Assembly (NCBI GenBank): GCA_016934825.1
Contig: JAFGSB010000049.1
Location: 10,045-74,044, forward strand
Source: Candidatus Zhuqueibacterota bacterium
Lineage (GTDB): Bacteria; Zhuqueibacterota; Zhuqueibacteria; Residuimicrobiales; Krinioviventaceae
DNA: 64,000 nt
Direction of reading: 5' to 3'
The notes beneath the pieces were generated by a model. It had not been told where the DNA came from and did no database searches. It saw nothing but the letters and a program-made list of their open reading frames with translations. Positions 20,505 to 31,033 of this stretch are shown piece by piece. Both the position numbers and the translations under genes were made by a program. How positions within the stretch are numbered: position 1 is the first letter of the stretch; the number at the start of each line of letters is the position of its first letter.

Positions 20505-21425
20505 ATGATTCTGATAGTGGAAGATGAATCTATTTATCGAAGAGCAATAACGGAAATACTGGAGGTATCCGGTTTACAGGGGGAAGTTGCCACAGACGGT
20601 TATCAGGCTATGCAAAATCTGGAAAAAAAACATTACTCTCTTGCTATCGTGGACCTTGTCCTGCCCGGTCCCGTGAATGGATTTGACGTTATAAAAAAAA
20701 TTAAGACAACTTCTCCGGGGACACATATCATTGCGATGTCGGGTTACGGAAATCAATCGCTGGTGCAAAAAACATATAAAGCCGGCGCAGACCTTTTTAT
20801 TCCGAAACCGTTCAAACCGGAAAAACTGGCAATGGAAGTGGAAAAGTTGTTACAAATTAAAAAAACAGAGGTTGAACCGACGCCAAAAACCGAATCGTCC
20901 ACGATTGACATCAGAACGATACCGGAAATATTTAACGGCTTTTCAAGAGATACGCTCATCGAAATCATTAAACTTGGTAAAGTATTTAATTTGTTACCGA
21001 CAGAAAAATATCAAATAAATTATACTGAATCCATAGCACTAATTATATCGGGAAGCGCGGAATGCTGGCTGGGCAATACCAATATTGGCGTTTTACAAAA
21101 CAAGGAATCTTTGGGCCAGGAATCACTGCTCAAAAAAGCGGATCCGAATGCAATTCTGACTTTTGAAGCACAAGCCCCTTTAAAACTGTTTATCGTTCCC
21201 CGGATCAGGTTAATAAAATATCTTCACGCAAATAACCAAATACCGACATTTGAAAAAAATATTAAAATCTCATTACATAAAAACCTTATCCTCAAGGCAA
21301 AACAAAAAACTAATTCAAATATATCAAATCCGGTCCAATCCCCTCCCGTTTCTCAACAAAACAAATCCCCGCAAATTAAAAATGATAATCTGGATTTTGA
21401 TTCTATTGAAAAGTTAGATTTTTAA
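20505..21425 (+). CDS. Second REC plus cNMP-binding-like protein, tandem paralogue of 19455..20360
   Basis: Same architecture and collinear motifs: 'IVEDES', 'LAIVDLVLPG', 'MSGYG', 'FIPKPF', '…LIISGSAECWLGNTNIGVLQNKESLGQESLL…'. Confidence 0.75.
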   Translation: MILIVEDESIYRRAITEILEVSGLQGEVATDGYQAMQNLEKKHYSLAIVDLVLPGPVNGFDVIKKIKTTSPGTHIIAMSGYGNQSLVQKTYKAGADLFIPKPFKPEKLAMEVEKLLQIKKTEVEPTPKTESSTIDIRTIPEIFNGFSRDTLIEIIKLGKVFNLLPTEKYQINYTESIALIISGSAECWLGNTNIGVLQNKESLGQESLLKKADPNAILTFEAQAPLKLFIVPRIRLIKYLHANNQIPTFEKNIKISLHKNLILKAKQKTNSNISNPVQSPPVSQQNKSPQIKNDNLDFDSIEKLDF

Positions 21426-21609
21426 CGGCGGAAAAAACATCCCTTACCTCTGATTAATTTCGTAACAAGCCTGATCCAGACTGGTTTTTTCTGACCGGGT
21501 TCCCGGATTGTATCGTTCACATTATTCTCCCGATTCAAAAAATTGCTTGATAATCCCATTTAAAATATTAAGTTAGTTGAAAATAACTCAATATCAAGGG
21601 AACAATACA

Positions 21610-22485
21610 ATGAATTATTCCAAATATTTCAAGTGCATATTTATCTTTTTTTTAGCCGTCCTTATTTACACCTGTCCGCTTTTTCCTTCCGATCCGTTAA
21701 TGCGTGTCATGACGTTCAACGTTCGTGTAAACGTGGCAAGCGACAGTTCCAACGCCTGGCCAAACCGCAAGGATATCGCGGCAAGTATGATCCGGTTTCA
21801 CAATGCGGATATTATCGGATTGCAGGAAGCATTAAAAGAACAGGTCGATGATCTGGCAATCCGTCTTCCTGAATATAAATGGTTTGGAATCGGGCGGGAT
21901 GACGGAAAGGATGCCGGGGAATTTATGGCGATTTTTTACCGCAGCGAACGTTTTGATGTGCTGACGGATTCAACATTCTGGTTATCGGAAACTCCCGGAA
22001 AACCGGGACTGGGCTGGGATGCCGCCTGTAATCGTGTGGTTACTTTTGGTAAATTTAAGGATAAAAAAACCGATAAGGTATTCTTTTTATTCAACACCCA
22101 CTTTGATCATATGGGTCAGGTCGCACGCCGTGAAAGCGCAAAATTTCTATTACAAAGCGTCGCCGAAATCGGTTCCGGACTTCCTGTGATTGTTACGGGG
22201 GATTTTAACAGTACACCGGACTCTGAACCATATAAAATATTAACCCAGGGTGTTAATGGAATCAAACTGATTGACTCAAAAAGTATGTCCCAATATCCCC
22301 ACCACGGACCGACAGGAACCTGGACCGGATTTAAGACCGCTTATTTTCCCGACAGACAGCCCATTGACTATATTTTTATTCGAAATAATGTTAAAGTGCT
22401 ATTGCACGGCACGCTGTCCGATAGTTTTGACGGACGTTTCCCAACCGACCATATGCCCGTACTGGCGGAGGTGATCATCGAATAG
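21610..22485 (+). CDS. Secreted endonuclease/exonuclease/phosphatase (EEP) family protein (ATG at 21610 preferred over the track's TTG at 21577)
   Basis: Signal peptide, then 'MRVMTFNVRVN', 'GLQEAL', 'NTHFDH' and a C-terminal 'DHMPV' matching EEP catalytic blocks. Confidence 0.7.
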   Translation: MNYSKYFKCIFIFFLAVLIYTCPLFPSDPLMRVMTFNVRVNVASDSSNAWPNRKDIAASMIRFHNADIIGLQEALKEQVDDLAIRLPEYKWFGIGRDDGKDAGEFMAIFYRSERFDVLTDSTFWLSETPGKPGLGWDAACNRVVTFGKFKDKKTDKVFFLFNTHFDHMGQVARRESAKFLLQSVAEIGSGLPVIVTGDFNSTPDSEPYKILTQGVNGIKLIDSKSMSQYPHHGPTGTWTGFKTAYFPDRQPIDYIFIRNNVKVLLHGTLSDSFDGRFPTDHMPVLAEVIIE

Positions 22486-22604
22486 ACGTATTATTCACAA
22501 ACGCTCACTTTTAGATCGCGTACCGTGCATGACGCTGTCAAAATCGAAGCAAAGTCAGGCCTTGATATATGGATGTAAAAAAATAAACAGGGTATATATT
22601 AAAA

Positions 22605-23738
22605 GTGAAGATCAGGGAAATTGAAGCCAAATCCATATTGCGGAAATATAGAAAAATTGATTCCTGGTTTTTGTCCGGTTACGGGATGAATTTATACCGG
22701 GGCTGTACCCATAACTGCGTGTATTGCGATGGCCGGGCTGAAGGATATTATGTCGAGGGAGAATTTGGTCATGACGTGACCGTCAAAATTAATGCGATAG
22801 ACATTTTAAAACGTGAACTGGACCCGAATCGAAAACGGGTACCGCTCAAATCATGTTTTATTTTACTGGGGGGAGGCGTCGGTGACAGTTATCAACCGAC
22901 AGAAAAAAAATATCTGCTCAGCAGGAAAACACTTGAACTGCTCAATAATTTTAATCTCCCCGTTCATGTATTGACAAAATCCACCCTGATTGAAAGAGAT
23001 ATGGACATTTTAAAATCGATCAACGACAAAAATAGAGTCATCATCTCATTCAGCTTTTCATCGGCGGACGACAAAACAAGCGTTTTGTTCGAACCGGGTG
23101 TTCCTGTTCCGACGAAAAGACTGGAAACGCTGGTAAAATTCAAAAAACAGGGTTTTGCTTGCGGTATGTTTTTAATGCCGGTCATTCCGTATGTAACGGA
23201 CAAACCGGAGATTATAGAACAGGCGGTAAAAGCGGCAGTTGAAGCCGGTATAGATTTTATCATTTTCGGCGGCATGACGTTGAAACAGGGCAGACAAAAA
23301 GACTATTTTATGAATGTTCTGCGCGGAAATTACCCGCAGTTGGCTGCCGGATACGATCATATTTATACGGAAAATCAATGGGGCGAGGCGAGCCGGGAAT
23401 ATTATCACTCAATAAATCAAACTTTCTTTACGATAACGCAGGCATACGGGATACCGGTACGAATTCCGCAAAAATTGTATAACGACATGCTCAACGAAAA
23501 TGATCGTATTATTGTGCTATTGGAACACATAGATTATTTATTAAAGATGAAAGGTGAAAAATCCTATTACGGGTATGCCGCCTATTCGGTTTCCAAAGTA
23601 AGGGAACCGTTATCGACAATCAGGGAAAAACTGGATACTCTGAAAGGAGTCGGACCGGGTATTAAAAAAGTGATTCTGGAAATACTCGATACGGGAAGAT
23701 CGGCATATTTTGAAAAATTGTCAGCATGTAAGAATTGA
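22605..23738 (+). CDS. Radical SAM protein of the SplB/DNA-photolyase-like family (COG1533-like) with C-terminal helix-hairpin-helix (GTG start)
   Basis: Radical SAM 4Fe-4S cysteine triad 'CTHNCVYCD' (with Cys-x3-Cys-x2-Cys spacing) in the SplB-like context 'NLYRGCTHNCVYCDGRAEGYY'. C-terminal 'LKGVGPGIKKVILEIL' is HhH-like. Confidence 0.7.
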   Translation: MKIREIEAKSILRKYRKIDSWFLSGYGMNLYRGCTHNCVYCDGRAEGYYVEGEFGHDVTVKINAIDILKRELDPNRKRVPLKSCFILLGGGVGDSYQPTEKKYLLSRKTLELLNNFNLPVHVLTKSTLIERDMDILKSINDKNRVIISFSFSSADDKTSVLFEPGVPVPTKRLETLVKFKKQGFACGMFLMPVIPYVTDKPEIIEQAVKAAVEAGIDFIIFGGMTLKQGRQKDYFMNVLRGNYPQLAAGYDHIYTENQWGEASREYYHSINQTFFTITQAYGIPVRIPQKLYNDMLNENDRIIVLLEHIDYLLKMKGEKSYYGYAAYSVSKVREPLSTIREKLDTLKGVGPGIKKVILEILDTGRSAYFEKLSACKN

Positions 23739-23809
23739 ACCTCTCCCCCGTTCCCGTCGTAAAAAATTATCTGCAATTCGGGATATAAAATTATTATTAA
23801 AGGGGAAAA

Positions 23810-24640
23810 ATGAATCCAGTAGTAAAAATTGCTAAACATCTCGACCGCAAAGAATACTTTAGTTTTCGTCTGTGGGAATTTTGCCTGCGAAACACTGTGC
23901 GGCTGTTCCCCTGGTACTTTTTATTTGCCGTTCTGATACGGCATCCGCTGACGGCCTTACACGGTTTTTGGTATTACCGTAATCTGGTGCGAAATTCTCC
24001 CAGGCAGGCTTTGCACGGAACTATAAATCTATCCTCGTTGATCCGTACCCTGCGCCAAAATAAAAAAAACGGGCGTCTGATTTTAGCACCGGGTTTCTGC
24101 ATGAAACCGTTTGATGCGGTGAAACGCGAGTCGATTTGTCCCGCCGGATTTTTTAACCATCGTTGCGCTATACTGGATCAACCGGAGCTATTACGCCAGG
24201 AACAGGAAACCTGGGCAGAACCATGCGACCGGTGCAACATCGGCAGACTGGCGCGGCTGAGTGCGCAGATTCATGCGGATTTTTATATTATGACATCCGC
24301 TTTGGATATTGCCCATGACCTGTTTTTACCATCACTGCAGGGAACCGGAGCCAATATGGGTATATTTCTTTTGTGCCCTTATTCCGCCGAAGCGTTTACA
24401 TTCGGGCTTACTGTGACCGGTATGAAAGGCGCTCTGATAACTTTTTGTAAGGGCGATTGTCAGAATTACGAAGAATTTACCAGGGCGGATATTGGTATTA
24501 AAAAAAAGCAAACCTTTATTGAGGAAAGTGATTTTGAATATCTGCAAAATGAATTGGCGGCAGATACTGGACCCGCCATGTCCCCGTCACACAGGATTCC
24601 CAGTTATTCCCGCAAAAATAATGTTTACCGCGCGGAGTAA
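23810..24640 (+). CDS. Cys-rich hypothetical protein (possible metal- or Fe-S-binding, DUF116-like?)
   Basis: Conserved-looking cysteines 'FCMKPFDAVKRESICPAGFFNHRCAILD…CDRCNIGRL'. Sits directly downstream of the radical SAM gene. Confidence 0.45.
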   Translation: MNPVVKIAKHLDRKEYFSFRLWEFCLRNTVRLFPWYFLFAVLIRHPLTALHGFWYYRNLVRNSPRQALHGTINLSSLIRTLRQNKKNGRLILAPGFCMKPFDAVKRESICPAGFFNHRCAILDQPELLRQEQETWAEPCDRCNIGRLARLSAQIHADFYIMTSALDIAHDLFLPSLQGTGANMGIFLLCPYSAEAFTFGLTVTGMKGALITFCKGDCQNYEEFTRADIGIKKKQTFIEESDFEYLQNELAADTGPAMSPSHRIPSYSRKNNVYRAE

Positions 24641-24747
24641 TTGGATAATGAAATAAATCCGCCTGATACGGATATAGGCAATCCCGTAACAAGGGCATTC
24701 AGCCCTTATTACGGGAGAAATACAATATCTTGTAAAATTAAGAATAA

Positions 24748-26082
24748 TTATATATTTATCAACTCTGAAATTTTGACTGTTCGGTTTTCATCAATGCTGT
24801 AGCGCGCTGCAATTCCGGGTAAAATTGCCATAGCGCCGGCGCGGGAATCGGCAGCCTGTTTGTATGGGTCCGGCATGCCTGGTGTGAACACCATATCTCT
24901 TAAACGGGTATCACCGCCGCCATGTCCGCCCTCTGCCGCTTTCACTGTAATGATTTCAGTGGTCCCGAAATTTTTAGTCAAACGGATATCATCCTGCGCC
25001 GGTACCACCCAGGGTTGACGTTCATGGTTCCAGTGTTCCAAACGTCCCTTGCTGCAATTGAACGCGATGCGGTACCCTTCATATGGAGTAAAGGCGTTTA
25101 CCGAATAACTCATAACAACATCATTCGTATACTTTACATTCGCCGTCATGGTATCCCAGATGTTCACATCCTCACGGAAGACACAGCCGTCGCGAGTGTA
25201 ACCGTCAGCTTTTTCGCATTCGACATATAACTTTGTATAATGTGGATTATTGGTGATATCCCAGTAAAAATCACATTTGTCTTTATATGGACAACCGCGG
25301 CAGGTTTTACTACGGAAAGGACCGTTCTTGCCATATTTATTGAGTTTTCCAAAAGCGGAAATCTCAGTCGGTTCCGCTTCCAGCCACCAGTTCACCAGGT
25401 CAAAATGATGACTGGCTTTATGCACCCATAGTGAACCGCTTTTTTCACGCAGACGGTGCCAGCGTCGGAAATAATCTGCACCGTGAATTATATCCAGGTA
25501 CCAGTGAAAATCAACCGAAACGATCTCCCCAATTTCTCCGGACATTAATATTTCCTTCATCGTCTGTCTGTGCGGAGAATACCGGTAGTTAAAGGTCACG
25601 GTTACTTTTTTACCGGTTTTCTTTTCGGTTTCGAGAATGGCTTTACATTTTTCTTCGTCTGTGGTCATAGGCTTTTCAGTAACAATATCACAGCCCAATT
25701 CCATACCTCGAATAATATATTGATGATGTGTTGCATCCACAGTAGTTACAATAATGCGGTCCGGTTTGGTCTCCTTGACCATTTTTTCAAAATCAGTATA
25801 GGTCGGGACATTTGTGTCCAAATATTTTTTACAAAACTCAACCCGCAATGGATTTATATCACACAATCCGACCAATTCTACCTTATCGCCCTGTTCAGCA
25901 AGTAATTCTTTTCCCCACATACCCGAACCGCGACTACCGGTTCCGACAATGGCAACCTTAATTTTCTTTTGTTGCTGAGAAAAGCTTTTTATAGGATTTA
26001 ACATTGTATAGGCGGTTGTCACAGCGGCAGCTTTCCCGGCAGTAGTAAGAAAATCACGTCTTGATGTTACATTTTCTTTCAT
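24748..26082 (-). CDS. Tat-exported Gfo/Idh/MocA-family NAD(P)-dependent oxidoreductase
   Basis: Twin-arginine signal 'SRRDFLTTAGKAAAV'; Rossmann motif 'KVAIVGTGSRGSGMW'; Gfo/Idh/MocA C-terminal domain. Confidence 0.8.
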   Translation of the reverse strand: MKENVTSRRDFLTTAGKAAAVTTAYTMLNPIKSFSQQQKKIKVAIVGTGSRGSGMWGKELLAEQGDKVELVGLCDINPLRVEFCKKYLDTNVPTYTDFEKMVKETKPDRIIVTTVDATHHQYIIRGMELGCDIVTEKPMTTDEEKCKAILETEKKTGKKVTVTFNYRYSPHRQTMKEILMSGEIGEIVSVDFHWYLDIIHGADYFRRWHRLREKSGSLWVHKASHHFDLVNWWLEAEPTEISAFGKLNKYGKNGPFRSKTCRGCPYKDKCDFYWDITNNPHYTKLYVECEKADGYTRDGCVFREDVNIWDTMTANVKYTNDVVMSYSVNAFTPYEGYRIAFNCSKGRLEHWNHERQPWVVPAQDDIRLTKNFGTTEIITVKAAEGGHGGGDTRLRDMVFTPGMPDPYKQAADSRAGAMAILPGIAARYSIDENRTVKISELINI

Positions 26083-26545
26083 GAGTTACTCCATATGAAT
26101 AAAGATAACCATTTAATTGAATAATTTAATATAACAACTTAAAAACGAGAAAAAACAAAAAAATGGTTTATTAAAAATTTCTAATAAATTTTTAATTTAG
26201 ATTAAATCTGAAAATATATCACCGGTATCCGTGTTCACTTGCATTAACATACCGTCCGGTTTTCAGGTTCATTATAATCGGGAAGATTCTCATAAAAATC
26301 ATCCTTTTAAATAAATCAATAATAACTTTCTCCGAATGCCTGAATAATAAACACGATCAGGGATTCCTGTCAGAATTTAACCGAACAACGGTTTTGGGGA
26401 TGTAAAAAAAGATAGTCATTTTTGGATTTTTATTGATTTTACCGATTATTTATTATAATATCTTATATTACTCTTACAATACCCAGTCCGAGTTATTCAG
26501 CCGGCTGACCAAAACATCATAAATAAATCAAAAAGGACATGTACC

Positions 26546-27976
26546 GTGGCAAAATCCTATTCTTTTATTATTAACGGAGAAAAACGCAATACAGGGGAAA
26601 AACTGGAAATCCGCAATCCCTATAATAACGAACTCGTTGGAATAGTGAAACGTCCTACTTCCGTAGATATTGAAGATGCCATCAGGGCGTCGGTGAAAGC
26701 ATTCAAAGAGACAAAAAAAATGAGATCCTGGCAGCGGTCGGAAATACTGCACAAAGCGGCAGTGGAAATTAATAACCGCAAGGACGAATTGGCTAAAATT
26801 CTCTGCCTGGAATCCGGCAAACCCATACGGCACGCCCGCGGTGAAGTTACACGCGCCATCAGTACATTATCCATCGCTTCCGAAGAGGCAAACCGGATAA
26901 ACGGCGAAGTTTTGCCGCTGGATATCACTCCCGCTGCCGGCGACCGGCTGGGTATCGTCCGCCGGTTTCCCATCGGTCCCATAGCCGGTATTTCACCGTT
27001 CAATTTTCCTCTCAATCTGGTTTGTCACAAAGTTGCGCCGGCGCTTGCTGCGGGTAATACGATTACAATCAAACCGGCCAGCGCCACCCCTCTTTCCGCC
27101 CTGCTGTTGGGAGAAATTTTGCATACAGCAGGGGCCGTCCCCGGTTCCTGTAATGTTGTGCCATGCAGCGCTACTCTGGCCGAACCTTTAATTACTGATC
27201 CTCGGATAAAAATGTTAACCTTTACCGGCAGCGCCGAAACCGGATGGGACATAAAAGCCAAAGCGGGAAAAAAGAAGGTTTGTCTGGAACTGGGCGGAAA
27301 CGCGGCCGTGATCATTGAGCGGGATGCCGACAGGACATATGCAGTGGATCGCTGTCTGCTTGGCGGCTATGCTTATGCGGGCCAGGTATGTATTTCGGTA
27401 CAGCGTATCTATATTCAGGAAAAAATATATGATGATTTTACCCGGGCGTTTGTTAAGGGTGTAAACTCTTTAAAAGTAGGCGACCCTTTGTCTGAAGAAA
27501 CGGATGTCGGACCCATGATAGACGAAGCGTCTGCAGTCAGGGCGGAAAAATGGATTAAAGAGGCAGTCGCCAGAGGGGCCGGTTTATTGACCAGCGGCAA
27601 TCGGGACAAAAACATTTTCCAGCCGACTGTGCTGGAAAATGTTCCCCCGGACACCAGGGTCTCCTGTCAGGAGGTATTTGCCCCGGTGGTTATTCTGGAT
27701 AAATATAAAACCTTTGAACAGGCCCTGGAGATGGTTAACAATTCCGAATTCGGATTACAGGCCGGTGTATTCAGCAAAGATATCGAAAAAGCGTTTAAGG
27801 CTTTTAATGAAATTGAAGCCGGGGGTGTCATCATTAATGATGTTCCCACATTCCGGGTAGATCATATGCCCTATGGCGGCGTTAAGGATTCCGGTTTTGG
27901 CCGTGAAGGCGTTAAATACGCGATTGAGGAAATGACGGAATTAAAAATTATGGCGGTAAATCACGGATTGCAGTGA
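26546..27976 (+). CDS. NAD(P)-dependent aldehyde dehydrogenase family protein
   Basis: 'FNFPLNLV', catalytic 'LELGGNAAVII' (Glu), and Cys-loop 'GQVCISVQR' characteristic of the ALDH family. Confidence 0.85.
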   Translation: MAKSYSFIINGEKRNTGEKLEIRNPYNNELVGIVKRPTSVDIEDAIRASVKAFKETKKMRSWQRSEILHKAAVEINNRKDELAKILCLESGKPIRHARGEVTRAISTLSIASEEANRINGEVLPLDITPAAGDRLGIVRRFPIGPIAGISPFNFPLNLVCHKVAPALAAGNTITIKPASATPLSALLLGEILHTAGAVPGSCNVVPCSATLAEPLITDPRIKMLTFTGSAETGWDIKAKAGKKKVCLELGGNAAVIIERDADRTYAVDRCLLGGYAYAGQVCISVQRIYIQEKIYDDFTRAFVKGVNSLKVGDPLSEETDVGPMIDEASAVRAEKWIKEAVARGAGLLTSGNRDKNIFQPTVLENVPPDTRVSCQEVFAPVVILDKYKTFEQALEMVNNSEFGLQAGVFSKDIEKAFKAFNEIEAGGVIINDVPTFRVDHMPYGGVKDSGFGREGVKYAIEEMTELKIMAVNHGLQ

Positions 27977-28205
27977 CGATGAATTTTAAACAAATTGTCA
28001 GACAGGCATTAAGTAAATGATAAAAGCTGTTCATTCAATCGATGTGCTTCGGGCTTGAAGAAAAATCGAATATATGCGGAGAATACACAATGACAATATG
28101 ATCTATATCCGGTCTGTATCCATTGTCGCAGCGCCCTTGATCGTTGCCCTGCAGGTTCTGTTTTATCGGGTGGATTAAATATTTTAAATAAATACGGAGC
28201 AAATC

Positions 28206-30206
28206 ATGATACGAATACTGAATCATAACAAAAAAGTTATCATTTGTATCCTGTTGGCCGGATTTTTTCTCCTGCCGTTAAAAACAACTTCACAACAAAG
28301 CGAACCCCTAAATCTTTTAAGCGGCCGGTTTACGCCGGAAAAACTCGCACAAATCATTCAAACCGCCGATAAATGGCATCCCTATCCGACTGCTGAAGAT
28401 CATGCATCCTGGCAGGAACTGCCAAGTGCAGTACGTGATGTGTATATTTTGGAAGCTGAAAAACTGTTAAACAACGAATGGCAGACTCCCACAGCATCAG
28501 TTTTTCTTGAGTATTCACGCGATGGTAATCGTTCCAATTACGAAAAAATATCATTTGGTCGCCGTGAACAATTGGGTAAGCTGGTCATCGCGGAGTGTAT
28601 GGAAGGTCGGGGCCGGTTTATAAACGATATTGTAAACGGTATCTGGACCATCTGTGAGGAAACGTACTGGGGCGTTCCGGCGCACATGGGTATGCAGAAA
28701 AGAGGAACGGGATTGCCGGATGTAACCGAACCGACTGTAGATCTGTTCGCCGCGGAAACGGGCATGCTGATGGCCTGGACATATTACCTTTTAAAAGATC
28801 AACTCTATGAGGTTTCTTCTCTTGTCAATGAAAGAATCCGATACGAAGTCAAACGCCGGATAATCGATGTCAATTTAAAGCGCGATGATTTCGGCTGGAT
28901 GGGACTGTCCCCGGATCTGACAAGACGGGTGAACAACTGGAACCCCTGGATATGCTCAAACTGGCTGACGGCGGTATTGATCCTGGAAGAAAATCCTGAA
29001 ATCAGGGCGCAGTCCATATATAAGATCATGCGGTGTCTGGATCAATTTCTGAATCCATATCCGACAGACGGCGGCTGCGACGAGGGTCCGGGTTACTGGA
29101 ACCGGGCAGGCGCGTCGCTGTTCGACTGTCTCGAACTGTTTGATTCCGCTTCGAACGGCAGGATAAATATTTACAATGAACCGCTTGTTCAGGAGATCGG
29201 CAGGTATATTTACCGGGTTTATATCAATAAAGATTACTATATCAATTTTGCCGATGCGTCGGCAAAATTACAGCCGGATCCCTCCCTGCTGTTTCGTTTC
29301 GGTAAAAGTATCGGCGATAAAAACATGCTTGGGTTTGCCAGCTTCGAGGCGAAACGGCAAAATTTCGGCACGGGGTACATAGGAGGCAGTTTCGGTTATC
29401 TGGGCCGGGTTCTGGCGGCATTATTCAGTTTATCGGATTTGGTTAATATAAAAGCGGAAGAACCTATGGTGTTTGATTATTTTTTCCCCGACTTGCAGGT
29501 CATGCTTGCGCGTTCGATTGAGGGATCAAACAAAGGATTATATATTGCCGCCAAAGGCGGCCATAATGACGAGAGCCACAATCATAACGATGTGGGTAAT
29601 TTTATCGTTTACGCGGACGGTTTTCCGGCGATTATTGATGTCGGGGTGGAAACCTATACATCAAAAACTTTCAGTTCCAGACGCTATGAGATATGGACGA
29701 TGCAGTCGGCATACCATAACCTGCCGACAATTAACGGCATCATGCAGCATAACGGCGCAGATTATAAGGCAACAGATATCGATTACAAGGCGGACAAGAA
29801 TAATGTTGTATTCAATCTCGATCTGGCAAAAGCGTATCCGTCTGAAGCCGGGATAAAATCCTGGAAAAGGACATTAACATTGAACCGGAATGAAAGTGTG
29901 GTAATACGGGACAAATATAGCCTGGATAAAATAACGGGTGATATAATATTTACATTAATGAGCTGGGCCAAACCCATAATAATGGAAAACGGGACGATAA
30001 AACTCGATCTCAACTCAAAAACACAGGGCACCGCCCGAGATGTTTTTATTTTTTATAATGTTACGAAACTCAACATAAAAACAGAACCGATACTTATCGA
30101 AGACGGAAGATTATTACGCGCCTGGGGCCGGGATATTTACCGAATAATATTGACGGTCAAACAACCGCTTATTAAAGACAATATGGTGATTACTGTAAAA
30201 CAATGA
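28206..30206 (+). CDS. Secreted heparinase II/III-like polysaccharide lyase family protein
   Basis: Signal peptide; 'GGHNDESHNHNDVGNFIVYADGFP' matches the heparinase II/III (HxHxD…F) catalytic block, with an N-terminal alginate-lyase-like (alpha/alpha)-toroid region. Confidence 0.65.
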   Translation: MIRILNHNKKVIICILLAGFFLLPLKTTSQQSEPLNLLSGRFTPEKLAQIIQTADKWHPYPTAEDHASWQELPSAVRDVYILEAEKLLNNEWQTPTASVFLEYSRDGNRSNYEKISFGRREQLGKLVIAECMEGRGRFINDIVNGIWTICEETYWGVPAHMGMQKRGTGLPDVTEPTVDLFAAETGMLMAWTYYLLKDQLYEVSSLVNERIRYEVKRRIIDVNLKRDDFGWMGLSPDLTRRVNNWNPWICSNWLTAVLILEENPEIRAQSIYKIMRCLDQFLNPYPTDGGCDEGPGYWNRAGASLFDCLELFDSASNGRINIYNEPLVQEIGRYIYRVYINKDYYINFADASAKLQPDPSLLFRFGKSIGDKNMLGFASFEAKRQNFGTGYIGGSFGYLGRVLAALFSLSDLVNIKAEEPMVFDYFFPDLQVMLARSIEGSNKGLYIAAKGGHNDESHNHNDVGNFIVYADGFPAIIDVGVETYTSKTFSSRRYEIWTMQSAYHNLPTINGIMQHNGADYKATDIDYKADKNNVVFNLDLAKAYPSEAGIKSWKRTLTLNRNESVVIRDKYSLDKITGDIIFTLMSWAKPIIMENGTIKLDLNSKTQGTARDVFIFYNVTKLNIKTEPILIEDGRLLRAWGRDIYRIILTVKQPLIKDNMVITVKQ

Positions 30207-30227
30207 CATCTAACAGGGTATGTATTA

Positions 30228-30944
30228 ATGAAAATTTTAAAAATCTTGGGACTGGTATTTTTTCTAATTGGACTGACGCTTCTTATTGCAGGATTTTTGA
30301 GTTATTTTTCCACTCAAAAGTTTATTACACATTCCACAGTAACCACAGGGACAGTAATTGATCTTGTCCGGGGAACTTCCGGGACAGATGATTCGGCTAC
30401 AAGTTCTTATGTATATTATCCGGTTGTTCAGTATGAAACGATAAACGGCGTTGTAATAGAGTTTCACAGCAGGATCGGCAGTAATCCTCCCTCCTATCGT
30501 AAAGGCGATCAGGTACGGGTCCGGTATCCGGAGAAAGACCCATACAAAGCCCGTATTGATTCATTCATGCAGATATGGTTTGTGAGTATCATTTTAGGGT
30601 GTCTGGGAATTGTATTCGGGGGAATTGGCGGAACGATGCTCGGGTTAGTTTTACGTTCAAACCGTCAGGAAAAATGGCTGCTGGAAAACGGGCAAATTAT
30701 TTTCACCGATTATGATTCGGTAATTCTCGATACATCCATACGCTTAAAGGGGCAGAATCCATACCGGATATTGTCGCAATGGCTAAATCCGCAAAATAAT
30801 ACGGTCTATATATTCAAAAGCAAACCGATATTGTACAATCCCGAAAAATACGTCAAAAGCAAAGCAATTCAGGTCCGCATAAATCCCGATAATCCAAAAC
30901 AGTATTTAATGGACACCTCGTACTTACCCAAATCCGTTTCATAA
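30228..30944 (+). CDS. DUF3592-type membrane protein
   Basis: N-terminal TM helix, 'TGTVIDLVRG…VVQYET…VRYPEKDP' in the DUF3592 pattern, then a second TM helix. Confidence 0.55.
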   Translation: MKILKILGLVFFLIGLTLLIAGFLSYFSTQKFITHSTVTTGTVIDLVRGTSGTDDSATSSYVYYPVVQYETINGVVIEFHSRIGSNPPSYRKGDQVRVRYPEKDPYKARIDSFMQIWFVSIILGCLGIVFGGIGGTMLGLVLRSNRQEKWLLENGQIIFTDYDSVILDTSIRLKGQNPYRILSQWLNPQNNTVYIFKSKPILYNPEKYVKSKAIQVRINPDNPKQYLMDTSYLPKSVS

Positions 30945-30977
30945 CATCCGGGAATAAAAATTACAACATATCCATAA

Positions 30978-31009
30978 AAAAAGGGCAGACTTGGATCTGC
31001 CCTTTTTTA
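30978..31009. terminator. Bidirectional intrinsic terminator between convergent genes
   Basis: AAAAAAGGGCAGACTTGGATCTGCCCTTTTTTAT: GC stem GGGCAGA/TCTGCCC flanked by an A-run and a T-run. Confidence 0.65.
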
Positions 31010-31033
31010 TAAACGTCTGATAAATTGTTCGGC

